From a virus (taxonomy: Duplodnaviria > Caudoviricetes): a DNA stretch of 64,000 nt. A program made the position numbers and the translations under genes. Of the stretch, positions 50,456 through 58,519 are shown piece after piece. The notes beneath the pieces were generated by a model. That model made no database searches and was not told where the DNA came from. It saw only the letters and a program-made list of their open reading frames with translations. Position 1 is the stretch's first letter, and each line of letters starts with the position of its first letter. The stretch spans positions 6,993-70,992 of the IMG/VR virus record IMGVR_UViG_2974688470_000001; one strand, 5' to 3'.

Positions 50456-51214
50456 ATGACCACAACCAAGAGGGCCAAGGCCCGCACCAAGAAGGCTCCC
50501 GCCGATGCGCGGGAGGAGTCCCTGGCTCAATTCAGCGCCACCCTCGATGAGCACGCGGGCCGTGCGGTGGGGTTCGCTGTCGCGGTCGCCGAGCTGGCCA
50601 AGGCCCGCGCCCAGATCGCTCAGCTCAAGGCGGCGCGCGCCGAGGTGTTCGACGTGATCAAGGAGCGGTTCGAGGAGGGCCATCGCCTGGTCGGTGAGGG
50701 CCGGTTCGAGCTGCGGATGAGCGGCGGCGGTGAGGCCAAGGTCTACCGGGCCGTGGAGAGCGCGGCGGTGAAGAAGGCCAACCCGGCGGCGTGGCGGCGC
50801 GCCCAGGCGGTGGTGCCGTTCGTGAGCGTGAAGGCCCCGGCGGCGGCTGCGCTGAAGGTGCCGGTGGTCCCGACGCCGCAGGTCAACCCGGCCATGAGCG
50901 TGGAGGCAGCGGTGGCCGCGTACACCGACCATCCCGCGTGGCTGCGGCTCAAGGCCCTGCGCGCCGAGGAGACCGAGCTGATTGGCACGCTGGAGAAGAT
51001 GGCGGCGGAGTTCGGCTGGGACGGCCTGCCCATCACCTTCAGCGACGGCTGGGTGGCCGGGCTGAAGCGGATGCAGTTCTCGGCCGACAAGCTCGCCGAG
51101 CTGGAGCCGGAGGTGTTCGAGGAGCTGGCGGTGACCAAGGTGCGCCAGGCCCCGGCCAGGGTCTACCTCGCCAAGCCTGGCACCGAGGGCAGTGTCGATC
51201 TCGACGGTGACTAA
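50456..51214 (+). CDS. Hypothetical protein with internal duplication
   Basis: TAGCCT 6 nt upstream; two coiled-coil plus beta modules. Confidence 0.75.
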   Translation: MTTTKRAKARTKKAPADAREESLAQFSATLDEHAGRAVGFAVAVAELAKARAQIAQLKAARAEVFDVIKERFEEGHRLVGEGRFELRMSGGGEAKVYRAVESAAVKKANPAAWRRAQAVVPFVSVKAPAAAALKVPVVPTPQVNPAMSVEAAVAAYTDHPAWLRLKALRAEETELIGTLEKMAAEFGWDGLPITFSDGWVAGLKRMQFSADKLAELEPEVFEELAVTKVRQAPARVYLAKPGTEGSVDLDGD

Positions 51215-51235
51215 CCCTGCTATATCCTGCTAACC

Positions 51236-51478
51236 ATGCGCACCCCTCGCCCCAGGACGGCCAGCGACATCGCGGCCGGAGCCGCCACCATCCTTGTGCC
51301 CATCAAGATGCGCCCTGACCTGCGCAAACGCTTCCGCGTGCGCGCTGTGGAGCGCGACATGACCTACGCCCAGCTCATCGAGAGCTGGCTGGACGAGGAG
51401 GACCGCAAGCTGGAGCGAGCGCGCCAGCGCCAGGCCCACCCGTTCCATCGGCCCTCGCCCGAGGCGGCGGCGCTGTGA
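51236..51478 (+). CDS. Ribbon-helix-helix DNA-binding protein
   Basis: LVPIKMRPDLRKRFRVRAVERDMTYAQLIESWL. Confidence 0.75.
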   Translation: MRTPRPRTASDIAAGAATILVPIKMRPDLRKRFRVRAVERDMTYAQLIESWLDEEDRKLERARQRQAHPFHRPSPEAAAL

Positions 51479-51660
51479 GCCTCACCGGCTCCGGCGAGCC
51501 GCGCTGGGAGGGCGGGCCGGTGGAGTGCTCGGGCGGCTGTGGCGACCACGGCATCCCGGCGCTGACCGAGGACGGCTGGCGGCTGCGCGTCCACTCGATG
51601 GAGCTGCCCAACGGCCAGCGGGTGACGTGCCCTGGCTCGATGGCGGCGGTGAGGCTCTGA
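51475..51660 (+). CDS. Small zinc-ribbon-like protein
   Basis: C.GGC...H...CPGS; overlap-coupled. Confidence 0.6.
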   Translation: MSLTGSGEPRWEGGPVECSGGCGDHGIPALTEDGWRLRVHSMELPNGQRVTCPGSMAAVRL

Positions 51661-51845
51661 TGGCCATCGAGGAGATGCACGACGACGAGGTGCGCGCCCG
51701 GCTGGGCCTCGCGCCCCTGGGTCGGCCGATGACGATGGAGGAGCGGATCGAGGCCAACGCCTTGCGCGCGTTCCCCGAGCCGTTCGATCCTGGCACCGAG
51801 GGCGATCTCGAGTTGCTCGACATCCGAGAGGAGGGCCAGCCATGA
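51660..51845 (+). CDS. Hypothetical protein
   Basis: TGATG coupling. Confidence 0.6.
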   Translation: MAIEEMHDDEVRARLGLAPLGRPMTMEERIEANALRAFPEPFDPGTEGDLELLDIREEGQP

Positions 51846-52561
51846 CCGCGGCAATGGCCGAGGAGCCAGACGACATCGACGCCCAGATGCGCGAGATGAT
51901 GATCTCGGAGCTGATGGAGCGCCGGGCCAAGGTGATGTTCCTGCGCAACGCCGGGGCCACCTGGGCAGCCATCGCCAAGGAGTGCCGGGTCAGCGAGGCC
52001 ACCGCGCGCAAGGATTACCAGGTGGTCTGCCGCGACCTCAACAACGAGCAGCCCGCCAACGTGGTGGCTCGGCACCGGGCGGTCATCTACGACATCCAGC
52101 GGGCCAACTACCCGGCGATGATGAAGGGCAACGTCAAGGCGGCGACGGTCATCCTGCGCGCCCTGGATCGTGAGTCCCGCCTCCTCGGCCTCGACGCGCC
52201 CACGCGCATCCTGGCCGGGGTCTCCGACATCGAGTTCGCCAACGAGGCGGCTCGACTCATCGAGCGCATCCAGACGCTCGATCCCGACACCCTCAAGGAG
52301 CTGGAACGTGGACACACCATCATCGACGCCGAGGCCCAGTTCGAGCGCGCCGAGGCCGATCAAGGACCGGACGACGCTGCCGGAGCTGCTGGCCAGGAGC
52401 AAGGTCAGCCTGCGCCTGGCCAAGGCCCTGGGCCTGGTGACGCCGGAGCCGGTGATCACGATGGCCAAGCCACCGACGCACCCGGCGACCCCAGCGGACT
52501 ACCTGGACAAGCTAGCGACCCCGAGCCAGACGATCCCGACGACGACTGGGCCAACATCTGA
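51842..52561 (+). CDS. HTH DNA-binding protein, terminase small subunit-like
   Basis: GGAGG RBS; GATWAAIAKECRVSEATARKD HTH; RESRLLGLDAP. Confidence 0.65.
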   Translation: MTAAMAEEPDDIDAQMREMMISELMERRAKVMFLRNAGATWAAIAKECRVSEATARKDYQVVCRDLNNEQPANVVARHRAVIYDIQRANYPAMMKGNVKAATVILRALDRESRLLGLDAPTRILAGVSDIEFANEAARLIERIQTLDPDTLKELERGHTIIDAEAQFERAEADQGPDDAAGAAGQEQGQPAPGQGPGPGDAGAGDHDGQATDAPGDPSGLPGQASDPEPDDPDDDWANI

Positions 52562-53063
52562 ACCGGTCCACCGCGCCGAGCTGATCGAGCGCCATGAGAT
52601 CGGCATCAGCGTGCCCGAGCGCAATCCCATGCGCGAGCGTTACGCCGCCCAGATCGCCGCCTGCGCCGAGCGGGCGCGCTCCTGGGCCGAGGCCGAGGGC
52701 CTGGAGATCATCGACCTGGCCGAGACCATGCGCACCGCCGCCGCCGAGGGCGGGGCCTGGGTCGGGGTCACCTGGAGCATCACCGTGGGCAAGGGGTCGC
52801 CGGACCTGGAGAGCTGGCGCTGGAGCGCGCGGATGTTCGACTGGCGCGACATGCTCCGCCGCACCTCGGTGACCGGGCGGGCCACGCGCCTGGGCGATCC
52901 CAGCCGGGAGCCGGGCGAGGCCAGCGTCACACGCATCCACGCCGCCCGCGACGGCGGCTCCGGCCGGGCCGGGATCGCCACCGGGGTCGAGCCGGGCTGC
53001 ACCTGTCGGCTCGGCGGGCCGTTCGTGGACATCTGCCCGGTCCACTTCGAGGCCGACCGCTGA
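52308..53063 (+). CDS. Hypothetical protein overlapping upstream gene by 254 nt
   Basis: AAGGAG 7 nt before GTG 52308; G/C-ending codons in this frame; a later start is possible. Confidence 0.55.
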   Translation: MDTPSSTPRPSSSAPRPIKDRTTLPELLARSKVSLRLAKALGLVTPEPVITMAKPPTHPATPADYLDKLATPSQTIPTTTGPTSEPVHRAELIERHEIGISVPERNPMRERYAAQIAACAERARSWAEAEGLEIIDLAETMRTAAAEGGAWVGVTWSITVGKGSPDLESWRWSARMFDWRDMLRRTSVTGRATRLGDPSREPGEASVTRIHAARDGGSGRAGIATGVEPGCTCRLGGPFVDICPVHFEADR

Positions 53064-53284
53064 TGGCCAAGCACCGCGCCCCTGACCCCGACCGCGAGCA
53101 CGTCCTCACCGGGGAGGTGCTCCCGCCCCTCCACGGCGTCCCGGCCAGCCGCAGCGAGGCCGAGGGCGAGGCCATGATCACCGTGCGCGTCCAGCGCCGC
53201 CGATGCGGCGAGTGCTACCGGCTGATCACCACGCCGGGCGATCACAAGGACGGCTGCTCCCACCTCCCGCCTCCTCGGTCCTGA
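53063..53284 (+). CDS. Small Cys/His protein
   Basis: TGATG coupling; CGEC...H...C. Confidence 0.6.
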   Translation: MAKHRAPDPDREHVLTGEVLPPLHGVPASRSEAEGEAMITVRVQRRRCGECYRLITTPGDHKDGCSHLPPPRS

Positions 53285-53499
53285 TGGGCCGGGGTGGTCG
53301 GCGGGCGATGGCCCGCAATCGCGCCAGGCGCAAGGCCCTGGGCAGCATCCGCGTGGCCGGATGCCTCACGCCGGAGAAGGTCCGCTACGAGCGCCTGAGC
53401 CACGCCGTCCACGCCTCGGCGCGCCAGCTCGCCGAGGACGGGCGGCTGCTGACGCCATACCCTTGCGGGCGTCACTACCACCTCACGTCGGCGAGCTGA
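53284..53499 (+). CDS. Small basic zinc-finger-like protein
   Basis: TGATG coupling; C...KVRY...YPC..HYHLTS. Confidence 0.6.
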   Translation: MGRGGRRAMARNRARRKALGSIRVAGCLTPEKVRYERLSHAVHASARQLAEDGRLLTPYPCGRHYHLTSAS

Positions 53500-53514
53500 G
53501 CTAACCTGTCGCTC

Positions 53515-53865
53515 ATGGGTGTCACCATCATCGACAAGCGTGGGCGCAAGAAGAAGCGCCGCCCTGAGCGCGTGCTCGATCCGCGCCAGCGCGAGGGCCT
53601 CCAGCAGCTCCAGCTGAGCGACTACCGGGCGATGGACCCCGACCGGGCACTGATGAGCGTGGCCACCGAGGGCGTGCGGCTGGCCGACATGCTGCCGGGC
53701 CAGAAGGAGGCGGTGGCCTCCTGGCTGCGCAAGGAGGCGGGCAAGCTGTTCTGGCGCGCCCAGGGCGCGACCGGCGAGAGCGCCGCCAAGATCGAGGCCA
53801 TGCGCGCCGAGATGCTCGCCCAGGCCGAGAGGATCGACGCCGAGCTGGCCGGGGCCAGCGCGTGA
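53515..53865 (+). CDS. Hypothetical protein
   Basis: TAACCT 7 nt upstream; helical. Confidence 0.7.
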   Translation: MGVTIIDKRGRKKKRRPERVLDPRQREGLQQLQLSDYRAMDPDRALMSVATEGVRLADMLPGQKEAVASWLRKEAGKLFWRAQGATGESAAKIEAMRAEMLAQAERIDAELAGASA

Positions 53866-54587
53866 GCCGGGGCCAGGCCACCGGGCGGCTGCTCCACCAC
53901 GATCCCGCCAGCCGGGCCTACGCCGCGCCACGCCGGGAGGTGATCCAGCGCAGCTGGCGGCACCGCATGGGGCCGGTCACCGATCAGGCCGACTACAACG
54001 GATGCGTCGGCTGGACCTGGCTCGACCTGCTCAACTCCCCGCTGATGGCAGCCAATCGCCGCCGCTGGAACGCCAGCCACACCCCGGCCCGGTTCACCAC
54101 CACCTACCTGCGCAACGACGTGGGCCTGGAGATTTACAAGCTCGCCACCCGCAACGATCCCTTCAGCTGGACCTACCCGCCCACCGATGGCGGCTCCTCG
54201 GGCCTGGGCGGGGCCAAGGCGCTCAAGGCGGCGGGCATCATCGACGCCTACCGCTGGACGTTCTCGTTCGATCAGCTGCTCGCCTGGGGAGTGCGCCAGC
54301 CGCTCGCCATCGGCACCATCTGGACCGACCCGATGAGCGACCCCGACCGCGAGGGCATCATCCACATCGGCACCGACGCCCAGCTGAAGGCGGCGAACGA
54401 CCACGGCATCGGCCATGAGTACTCGCTCATCGGGGTCAACTGGCCTCGCAAGCTGGGCCGGATCAGGAACCACTGGACCGAGAGCTGGGGCCTCGACGGC
54501 GAGGCGTGGATACCCCTGGATGAGCTGGAGCGCCTGGTGATGGACTTCCAGGGCGACGTATGCGTGGCCGAGCTGGCGGGGCCATGA
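53862..54587 (+). CDS. Papain-like (C1) cysteine peptidase
   Basis: DQ....GCVGW, GHEY and IRNHW..SWG.DG motifs. Confidence 0.8.
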   Translation: MSRGQATGRLLHHDPASRAYAAPRREVIQRSWRHRMGPVTDQADYNGCVGWTWLDLLNSPLMAANRRRWNASHTPARFTTTYLRNDVGLEIYKLATRNDPFSWTYPPTDGGSSGLGGAKALKAAGIIDAYRWTFSFDQLLAWGVRQPLAIGTIWTDPMSDPDREGIIHIGTDAQLKAANDHGIGHEYSLIGVNWPRKLGRIRNHWTESWGLDGEAWIPLDELERLVMDFQGDVCVAELAGP

Positions 54588-54700
54588 GCGATCGTCACCC
54601 GTTCCACGCCAGCCAGGCCCAGCTCTGGGCGGCGATCCTGCTCAGCTGCGCCGCGTTCGGGATGGCCTTGGCGGCGCTGGCCTGCGCGGTGAGCCGATGA
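54584..54700 (+). CDS. 38-aa membrane peptide (not in ORF track)
   Basis: ATGA overlaps at both ends; one hydrophobic helix. Confidence 0.6.
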   Translation: MSDRHPFHASQAQLWAAILLSCAAFGMALAALACAVSR

Positions 54701-55233
54701 CCGCGCCGGAGACCGAGGTCTGGGCACCCGACGAGGGCCTGGTGCCCGCGCTGCTGGCTGGCTCGCCGACCACGATGGCCGACCTCTCGCCCTGCGACCG
54801 GGCCTGGGCCATCGCCGCCATGAAGCTCGACGGCATGACCGCCGAGGAGATCAGAGAGCGCCTGGGATGCTCGCTGCGCCTGGTGCGCGAGGTGGCCAGC
54901 CAGCCTGGGGCGATCATGGCCCGGCTCTACATGATCGAGCGCGAGGCGTTCGCCGACACCCTGCGGATGTACCAGGCCGAGGTCGCTCGCCTGGACCGCG
55001 AGCGCGCCGAGCAGGCCAGCGCCGCCAGCCGCTACAAGGGCCAGCTGGACCGCCTCCTGGACCGGATGATGACCGGCGACACCGGCCCGATCTTCCCCAA
55101 GTGCGGCCACCCCAAGACCCGCTACAACACCTATCGCGCGCCCAAGACCGGCAAGGAGAGCTGCCGGATGTGCCACGCCGACGCCCAGCGCCGCTACGAG
55201 GAGCGCCGCGCGGAGCGGTTGGCTGCCAGCTAG
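54697..55233 (+). CDS. HTH, coiled-coil and zinc-ribbon DNA-binding protein
   Basis: GMTAEEIRERLGCSLRLV; CGH..T.YNTY...CRMC. Confidence 0.7.
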   Translation: MTAPETEVWAPDEGLVPALLAGSPTTMADLSPCDRAWAIAAMKLDGMTAEEIRERLGCSLRLVREVASQPGAIMARLYMIEREAFADTLRMYQAEVARLDRERAEQASAASRYKGQLDRLLDRMMTGDTGPIFPKCGHPKTRYNTYRAPKTGKESCRMCHADAQRRYEERRAERLAAS

Positions 55234-55250
55234 GCGGGTAATCTGGGCGC

Positions 55251-55568
55251 ATGGCACGCAGAGGCCCAGCCAGCTCGCGGCGAGGCGGCAGGCGGGCGCT
55301 GAGCAAGTCCTCGCCCAAGATCGCACGTCGGCGCGGCACCGCGGTGGCCATGAGCGCGGCCACTGGCGGCATCGGCCAGTTCTCCCGCCGAGGTGGCGGC
55401 TCCTACCACGGTTTCAAGTCCAAGAAGCAGTGGCGCTGGGCGTTCGCCTCCAAACAGCCGTGGGCGCATGAGAAGGCGCACAAGACCAAAGGCGGTCCCA
55501 AGGCGCGCTACCGGCGGCTCCCGGCCTCCAAGCACTCCGGCCACAAGGGCAGCCGCGCGCCGAGCTAG
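55251..55568 (+). CDS. Highly basic small protein
   Basis: TAATCT 6 nt upstream; Arg/Lys-rich; GFKSKKQWRWAFA. Confidence 0.7.
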   Translation: MARRGPASSRRGGRRALSKSSPKIARRRGTAVAMSAATGGIGQFSRRGGGSYHGFKSKKQWRWAFASKQPWAHEKAHKTKGGPKARYRRLPASKHSGHKGSRAPS

Positions 55569-55732
55569 TCGGCCGCTGGCTCCAACCAGCCGGTCCATCG
55601 CTGGCCCTGGAGCCAGATCGAGGCGCGGCGTCGGCCGTGAACGTCGGGCTGGCCCAGGTGGACCTCGTACTCGGGGTTGACCTCATGGTCGCGGATGGCC
55701 TGGGCCTCGGTCTCCGGCGGATCGTTCCACAT
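55565..55732 (-). CDS. Small hypothetical protein (55 aa, not in ORF track)
   Basis: GAGGAG RBS; MWNDPPETEAQAIRDH translated by hand. Confidence 0.6.
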   Translation of the reverse strand: MWNDPPETEAQAIRDHEVNPEYEVHLGQPDVHGRRRASIWLQGQRWTGWLEPAAD

Positions 55733-55766
55733 ACTTAGCTCCTCGTCATATCCTGATGACTGGTCA

Positions 55767-56042
55767 TCAGAACCCGTAGGCGATGATCATCTCGCGCGCC
55801 TCGGCCTCCTTCTTGCGCAGATCGAGCGCCTCGGCCTTGACCAGGGCCAGCTTCTTGGCCCAGGGATCGACCCAGAGCGCGCGCTGGCGGGCCTCGGGCA
55901 AGCACCAGCGGCAACCGAACACGTCGAACAGCCAGCGCATATCGCCCTCGTAGCGCAGCCGGTCGCACAGGCGGCACCAGTGCGCGGTCCCGGCCAGGGC
56001 GGCGTCGATCCCGGCCTCCAGCTCGGCGTCACGCCCAGCCAT
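55767..56042 (-). CDS. Small Cys-rich protein
   Basis: GGAGG RBS; CRLC...CRWC. Confidence 0.6.
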   Translation of the reverse strand: MAGRDAELEAGIDAALAGTAHWCRLCDRLRYEGDMRWLFDVFGCRWCLPEARQRALWVDPWAKKLALVKAEALDLRKKEAEAREMIIAYGF

Positions 56043-56421
56043 CGCGGGCCTCCTCGATCCCGGTCGGGCAATCGCCGATGTGGCCCGCTCGGCGGCTGGC
56101 CCAGAACTCCACCCCACAGCTCTTGCAGAGGCCCTCGGCGTTGTAGGGGTCAGCCAGCGCGGCCAGCTCGGCGCGCACCCGAGCGCCCTCTCGATGCGAG
56201 CACGTCGGGCAATGGGGCCGGATGTTGGAGCGGATGTAGCGCCCGCCCTGGTGGGCCGGGATGATCCGGTCAACGTGGATGGTCCGGTCGTTGACCATCG
56301 CCCCGCACTCCCAGCACGGCACCTTCTCGCCATTGCCGCCCCAGCCCGAGGCGGCGCTGAGCAGCCAGGCCCGCCGGGCGCGCCGGTCATAGCTGGAGCC
56401 TCGCGCGTTGCCGTTGGGCAT
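56029..56421 (-). CDS. HNH endonuclease
   Basis: CWECG...VDRIIP...GGRY..SNIRPHCPTCS. Confidence 0.8.
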   Translation of the reverse strand: MPNGNARGSSYDRRARRAWLLSAASGWGGNGEKVPCWECGAMVNDRTIHVDRIIPAHQGGRYIRSNIRPHCPTCSHREGARVRAELAALADPYNAEGLCKSCGVEFWASRRAGHIGDCPTGIEEARDGWA

Positions 56422-56425
56422 CAGC

Positions 56426-56590
56426 TCACCGTAGGCCCATCGAGCCAGGGCACGGCCGACCGCCGCGCGTGTAGTGGACCGGGAAGCGCCAGCCGGGCAC
56501 GATCACCCCGCGCCACCGCTGGCGGCAGAACGGGCAGATGATCGCGTCGGGCCAGCGCCAGCGCGCCAGCCAGAAGGCCAGCCGCCTCAC
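56426..56590 (-). CDS. Small zinc-ribbon-like protein
   Basis: GTGA overlap; CPFC...H...CPGS. Confidence 0.55.
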   Translation of the reverse strand: MRRLAFWLARWRWPDAIICPFCRQRWRGVIVPGWRFPVHYTRGGRPCPGSMGLR

Positions 56591-56760
56591 CGCGCCCTCG
56601 CCTCGACGTGCGGGCAATCGAACCCCATCGGGTCCGGCGGGCACCCGCAGGGGTCTGGCCCCACGATCACCGCGCGCTTCATCCGCACCTGCCGCCCGGC
56701 GATGAACCGGAAGTGGCCCTCTGGCCCTCTGGGAGCGCGGTGCCGCCCGCGCCGGGCCAT
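56587..56760 (-). CDS. Small hypothetical protein (57 aa, not in ORF track)
   Basis: TGATG coupling; MARRGRHRAP...CGC...CPH. Confidence 0.5.
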   Translation of the reverse strand: MARRGRHRAPRGPEGHFRFIAGRQVRMKRAVIVGPDPCGCPPDPMGFDCPHVEARAR

Positions 56761-56990
56761 CAGGCCACCCCGAGCTGGTGCTGGGCCTCGCGGAGCGCCT
56801 GGGCGCTCTTGAGCAGGTTCGCCGCTCCGTCCACCCCGAACTCGCCGACCAGCGCGGCCACCGCGGCGTCAGCGGCCAGCTCGGTGGCGCGCTCGATCCG
56901 GCCCAGGGTCTCCTGGAACTCGGCCACCGTCCCGGCGATGTCCATGTCGGCTGCCTGCTTGGCGTTCTTCAGTCCGTCGATCAAGCTCAC
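56760..56990 (-). CDS. Hypothetical helical protein
   Basis: GGAGG RBS; GTG overlapping upstream stop. Confidence 0.65.
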   Translation of the reverse strand: MSLIDGLKNAKQAADMDIAGTVAEFQETLGRIERATELAADAAVAALVGEFGVDGAANLLKSAQALREAQHQLGVA

Positions 56991-57280
56991 GTCTCGTACC
57001 TCCCCTTGCTGGTGATCGGCAGGCCATTGCGGCGCAGCCGAGCGATGTCGTTGGCGAACGCCCTGCGGTCTGAAGGCGTGCCAGCGATCCCGCCGATGTA
57101 CTCGCCATCGACGTAGACCTTGAAGTGGCCCGGCCTGCCCTGGTGAGGCCGGACCTCGCCGCCCGCGCGCTCGATCTCGCGGAGCAGGCGGCGGGTTTCC
57201 TTGCGAGCCGCTCGCTTGCGGCACCCCGACCCCGGCACTGGAGTGCTGGGGCCGGGGCCGGGTTCATCGCGCAGCGCCAT
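56987..57280 (-). CDS. HicA-like toxin/RNase
   Basis: LLREIERAG.EV...GHFKVY...GTPSDRRA..N..A.LRR.G pattern; start uncertain. Confidence 0.65.
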   Translation of the reverse strand: MALRDEPGPGPSTPVPGSGCRKRAARKETRRLLREIERAGGEVRPHQGRPGHFKVYVDGEYIGGIAGTPSDRRAFANDIARLRRNGLPITSKGRYET

Positions 57281-57283
57281 CGC

Positions 57284-57601
57284 TCAGCACCAGAAGGCGT
57301 CGGCGTGGCGCAGGATGGTGAGCTGCTCTCCGGCGGGCATGTAGTCCAGATACCCCTTCAGATCGCGGAGCTGCTGGGCCTCCAGCTTCATCACGAACAC
57401 ATCGCGCAGGAGGTTGATCGAGGCGCTCAGCCCGGTGCGCACGTTGCGCGCGTCGATGACCGCGTAGGTCTCCACCGAGCGCACGGTGCGCAGCCCGGTG
57501 ACCTCGTAGACATCGGTGGACTGATCCAGCCCGCCCATGCCTCGGGTGAACCGGAACAGATCGCCCTCGGCGAGGTCTCCGGCGTGAATCTTCTCGGCCA
57601 T
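57284..57601 (-). CDS. Hypothetical protein
   Basis: AAGGAG RBS after 17-bp hairpin. Confidence 0.75.
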   Translation of the reverse strand: MAEKIHAGDLAEGDLFRFTRGMGGLDQSTDVYEVTGLRTVRSVETYAVIDARNVRTGLSASINLLRDVFVMKLEAQQLRDLKGYLDYMPAGEQLTILRHADAFWC

Positions 57602-57616
57602 CTCTGGCTCCTTCCC

Positions 57617-57633
57617 GGCGGGGCGATCCCGCC
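57617..57633 (-). repeat. 17-bp hairpin core (stand-alone copy)
   Basis: GGCGGGGCGATCCCGCC. Confidence 0.9.
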
Positions 57634-57648
57634 TGTCGATGATGGGTT

Positions 57649-57903
57649 CTACAGCTCGCCGCGCTCGACCATCTGGCCCAGCGTGTCGAGGTACTCGGTC
57701 AGCCAATCGCCCAGCTCGGCGGGGTTCTCCGCCTCGGCGTAGACCTGGCCCTGGCTGTCGGCGAGCACCCACCGGCCCGCTCCGGCGAACACGATGCTCA
57801 TCACGTTGGCGGTCTCGTCGGCGATCATCGCCTCGGGGATGGTCGGGAGGGTGACACCCGGCCCGCCCTCGGCGGCGTAGCGGGCGCTGTAGTGGCTGAA
57901 CAT
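57649..57903 (-). CDS. Hypothetical protein
   Basis: AGGAG RBS after cassette. Confidence 0.75.
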   Translation of the reverse strand: MFSHYSARYAAEGGPGVTLPTIPEAMIADETANVMSIVFAGAGRWVLADSQGQVYAEAENPAELGDWLTEYLDTLGQMVERGEL

Positions 57904-57918
57904 GATCTTGGCTCCTAT

Positions 57919-57958
57919 CCGGCGGGGCGATCCCGCCTACTCCTCTGAAGATACCCGA
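57919..57958 (-). repeat. 40-bp promoter/hairpin cassette, copy 2
   Basis: Identical to 35104-35143. Confidence 0.95.
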
Positions 57959-57990
57959 CTTCTACGGGGAACACACTCCCGATTGGCGGA

Positions 57991-58341
57991 TCAGCTCCAC
58001 CAGATCGGGGTCGAGTGCGCCCGCGCCCACAGCGCCAGCTCATGGAGCTGGGCCAGGCGGTCCTGGAGGTATCCCGGCCGACGTGCGCCCTCGATCATGC
58101 GCGCGCCGGGACCGGCCACCTCGAACGAGGGCATACCCTCGTCGGCCGGGCTGACGGCCAGCGCCATCAGCACGCGACCGAGGAACGCCTCGGCGTCCAT
58201 CTCGCCGCACCAGTCGGGGTCCAGCGAGAACCCGAGCGCCTCGGCCACGCGGGCGGCGTTGGAGTTGGACATATTCACGTCCAGCTCGCCGAACCCGTCC
58301 TCGTCCTGCGGCACTCCGGCGGCGGTGAAGGTGACGCTCAT
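57991..58341 (-). CDS. Hypothetical protein
   Basis: GAGGAG RBS; NMSNSNA..V...LG motif. Confidence 0.75.
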   Translation of the reverse strand: MSVTFTAAGVPQDEDGFGELDVNMSNSNAARVAEALGFSLDPDWCGEMDAEAFLGRVLMALAVSPADEGMPSFEVAGPGARMIEGARRPGYLQDRLAQLHELALWARAHSTPIWWS

Positions 58342-58358
58342 GGTGATCTCCTCTCGGC

Positions 58359-58375
58359 GGCGGGGCGATCCCGCC
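58359..58375 (-). repeat. 17-bp hairpin core (stand-alone copy)
   Basis: GGCGGGGCGATCCCGCC. Confidence 0.9.
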
Positions 58376-58386
58376 TGGTCGGGTTG

Positions 58387-58474
58387 AGCAAGGAGGCGGA
58401 GCCTTGAACGCTCGCGGCTGGAACGAATGCAGGCCCGGTCGTTGCGCCAGTTGAGTTACCCCGCGCTCCTTGCT
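58387..58474 (-). ncRNA. Candidate structured small RNA or leader
   Basis: Starts just after a TATATT -10; ends pair (AGCAAGGAG/CTCCTTGCT); inner stems; no credible ORF. Confidence 0.45.
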
Positions 58475-58519
58475 GAGATCGAATATACCCGACATGGGAG
58501 GGGAACACACGTCGGATCG

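Noticed and set aside
58387-58474. Canonical tRNA
   Set aside because: No proper cloverleaf, anticodon arm or CCA end; kept only as an sRNA candidate
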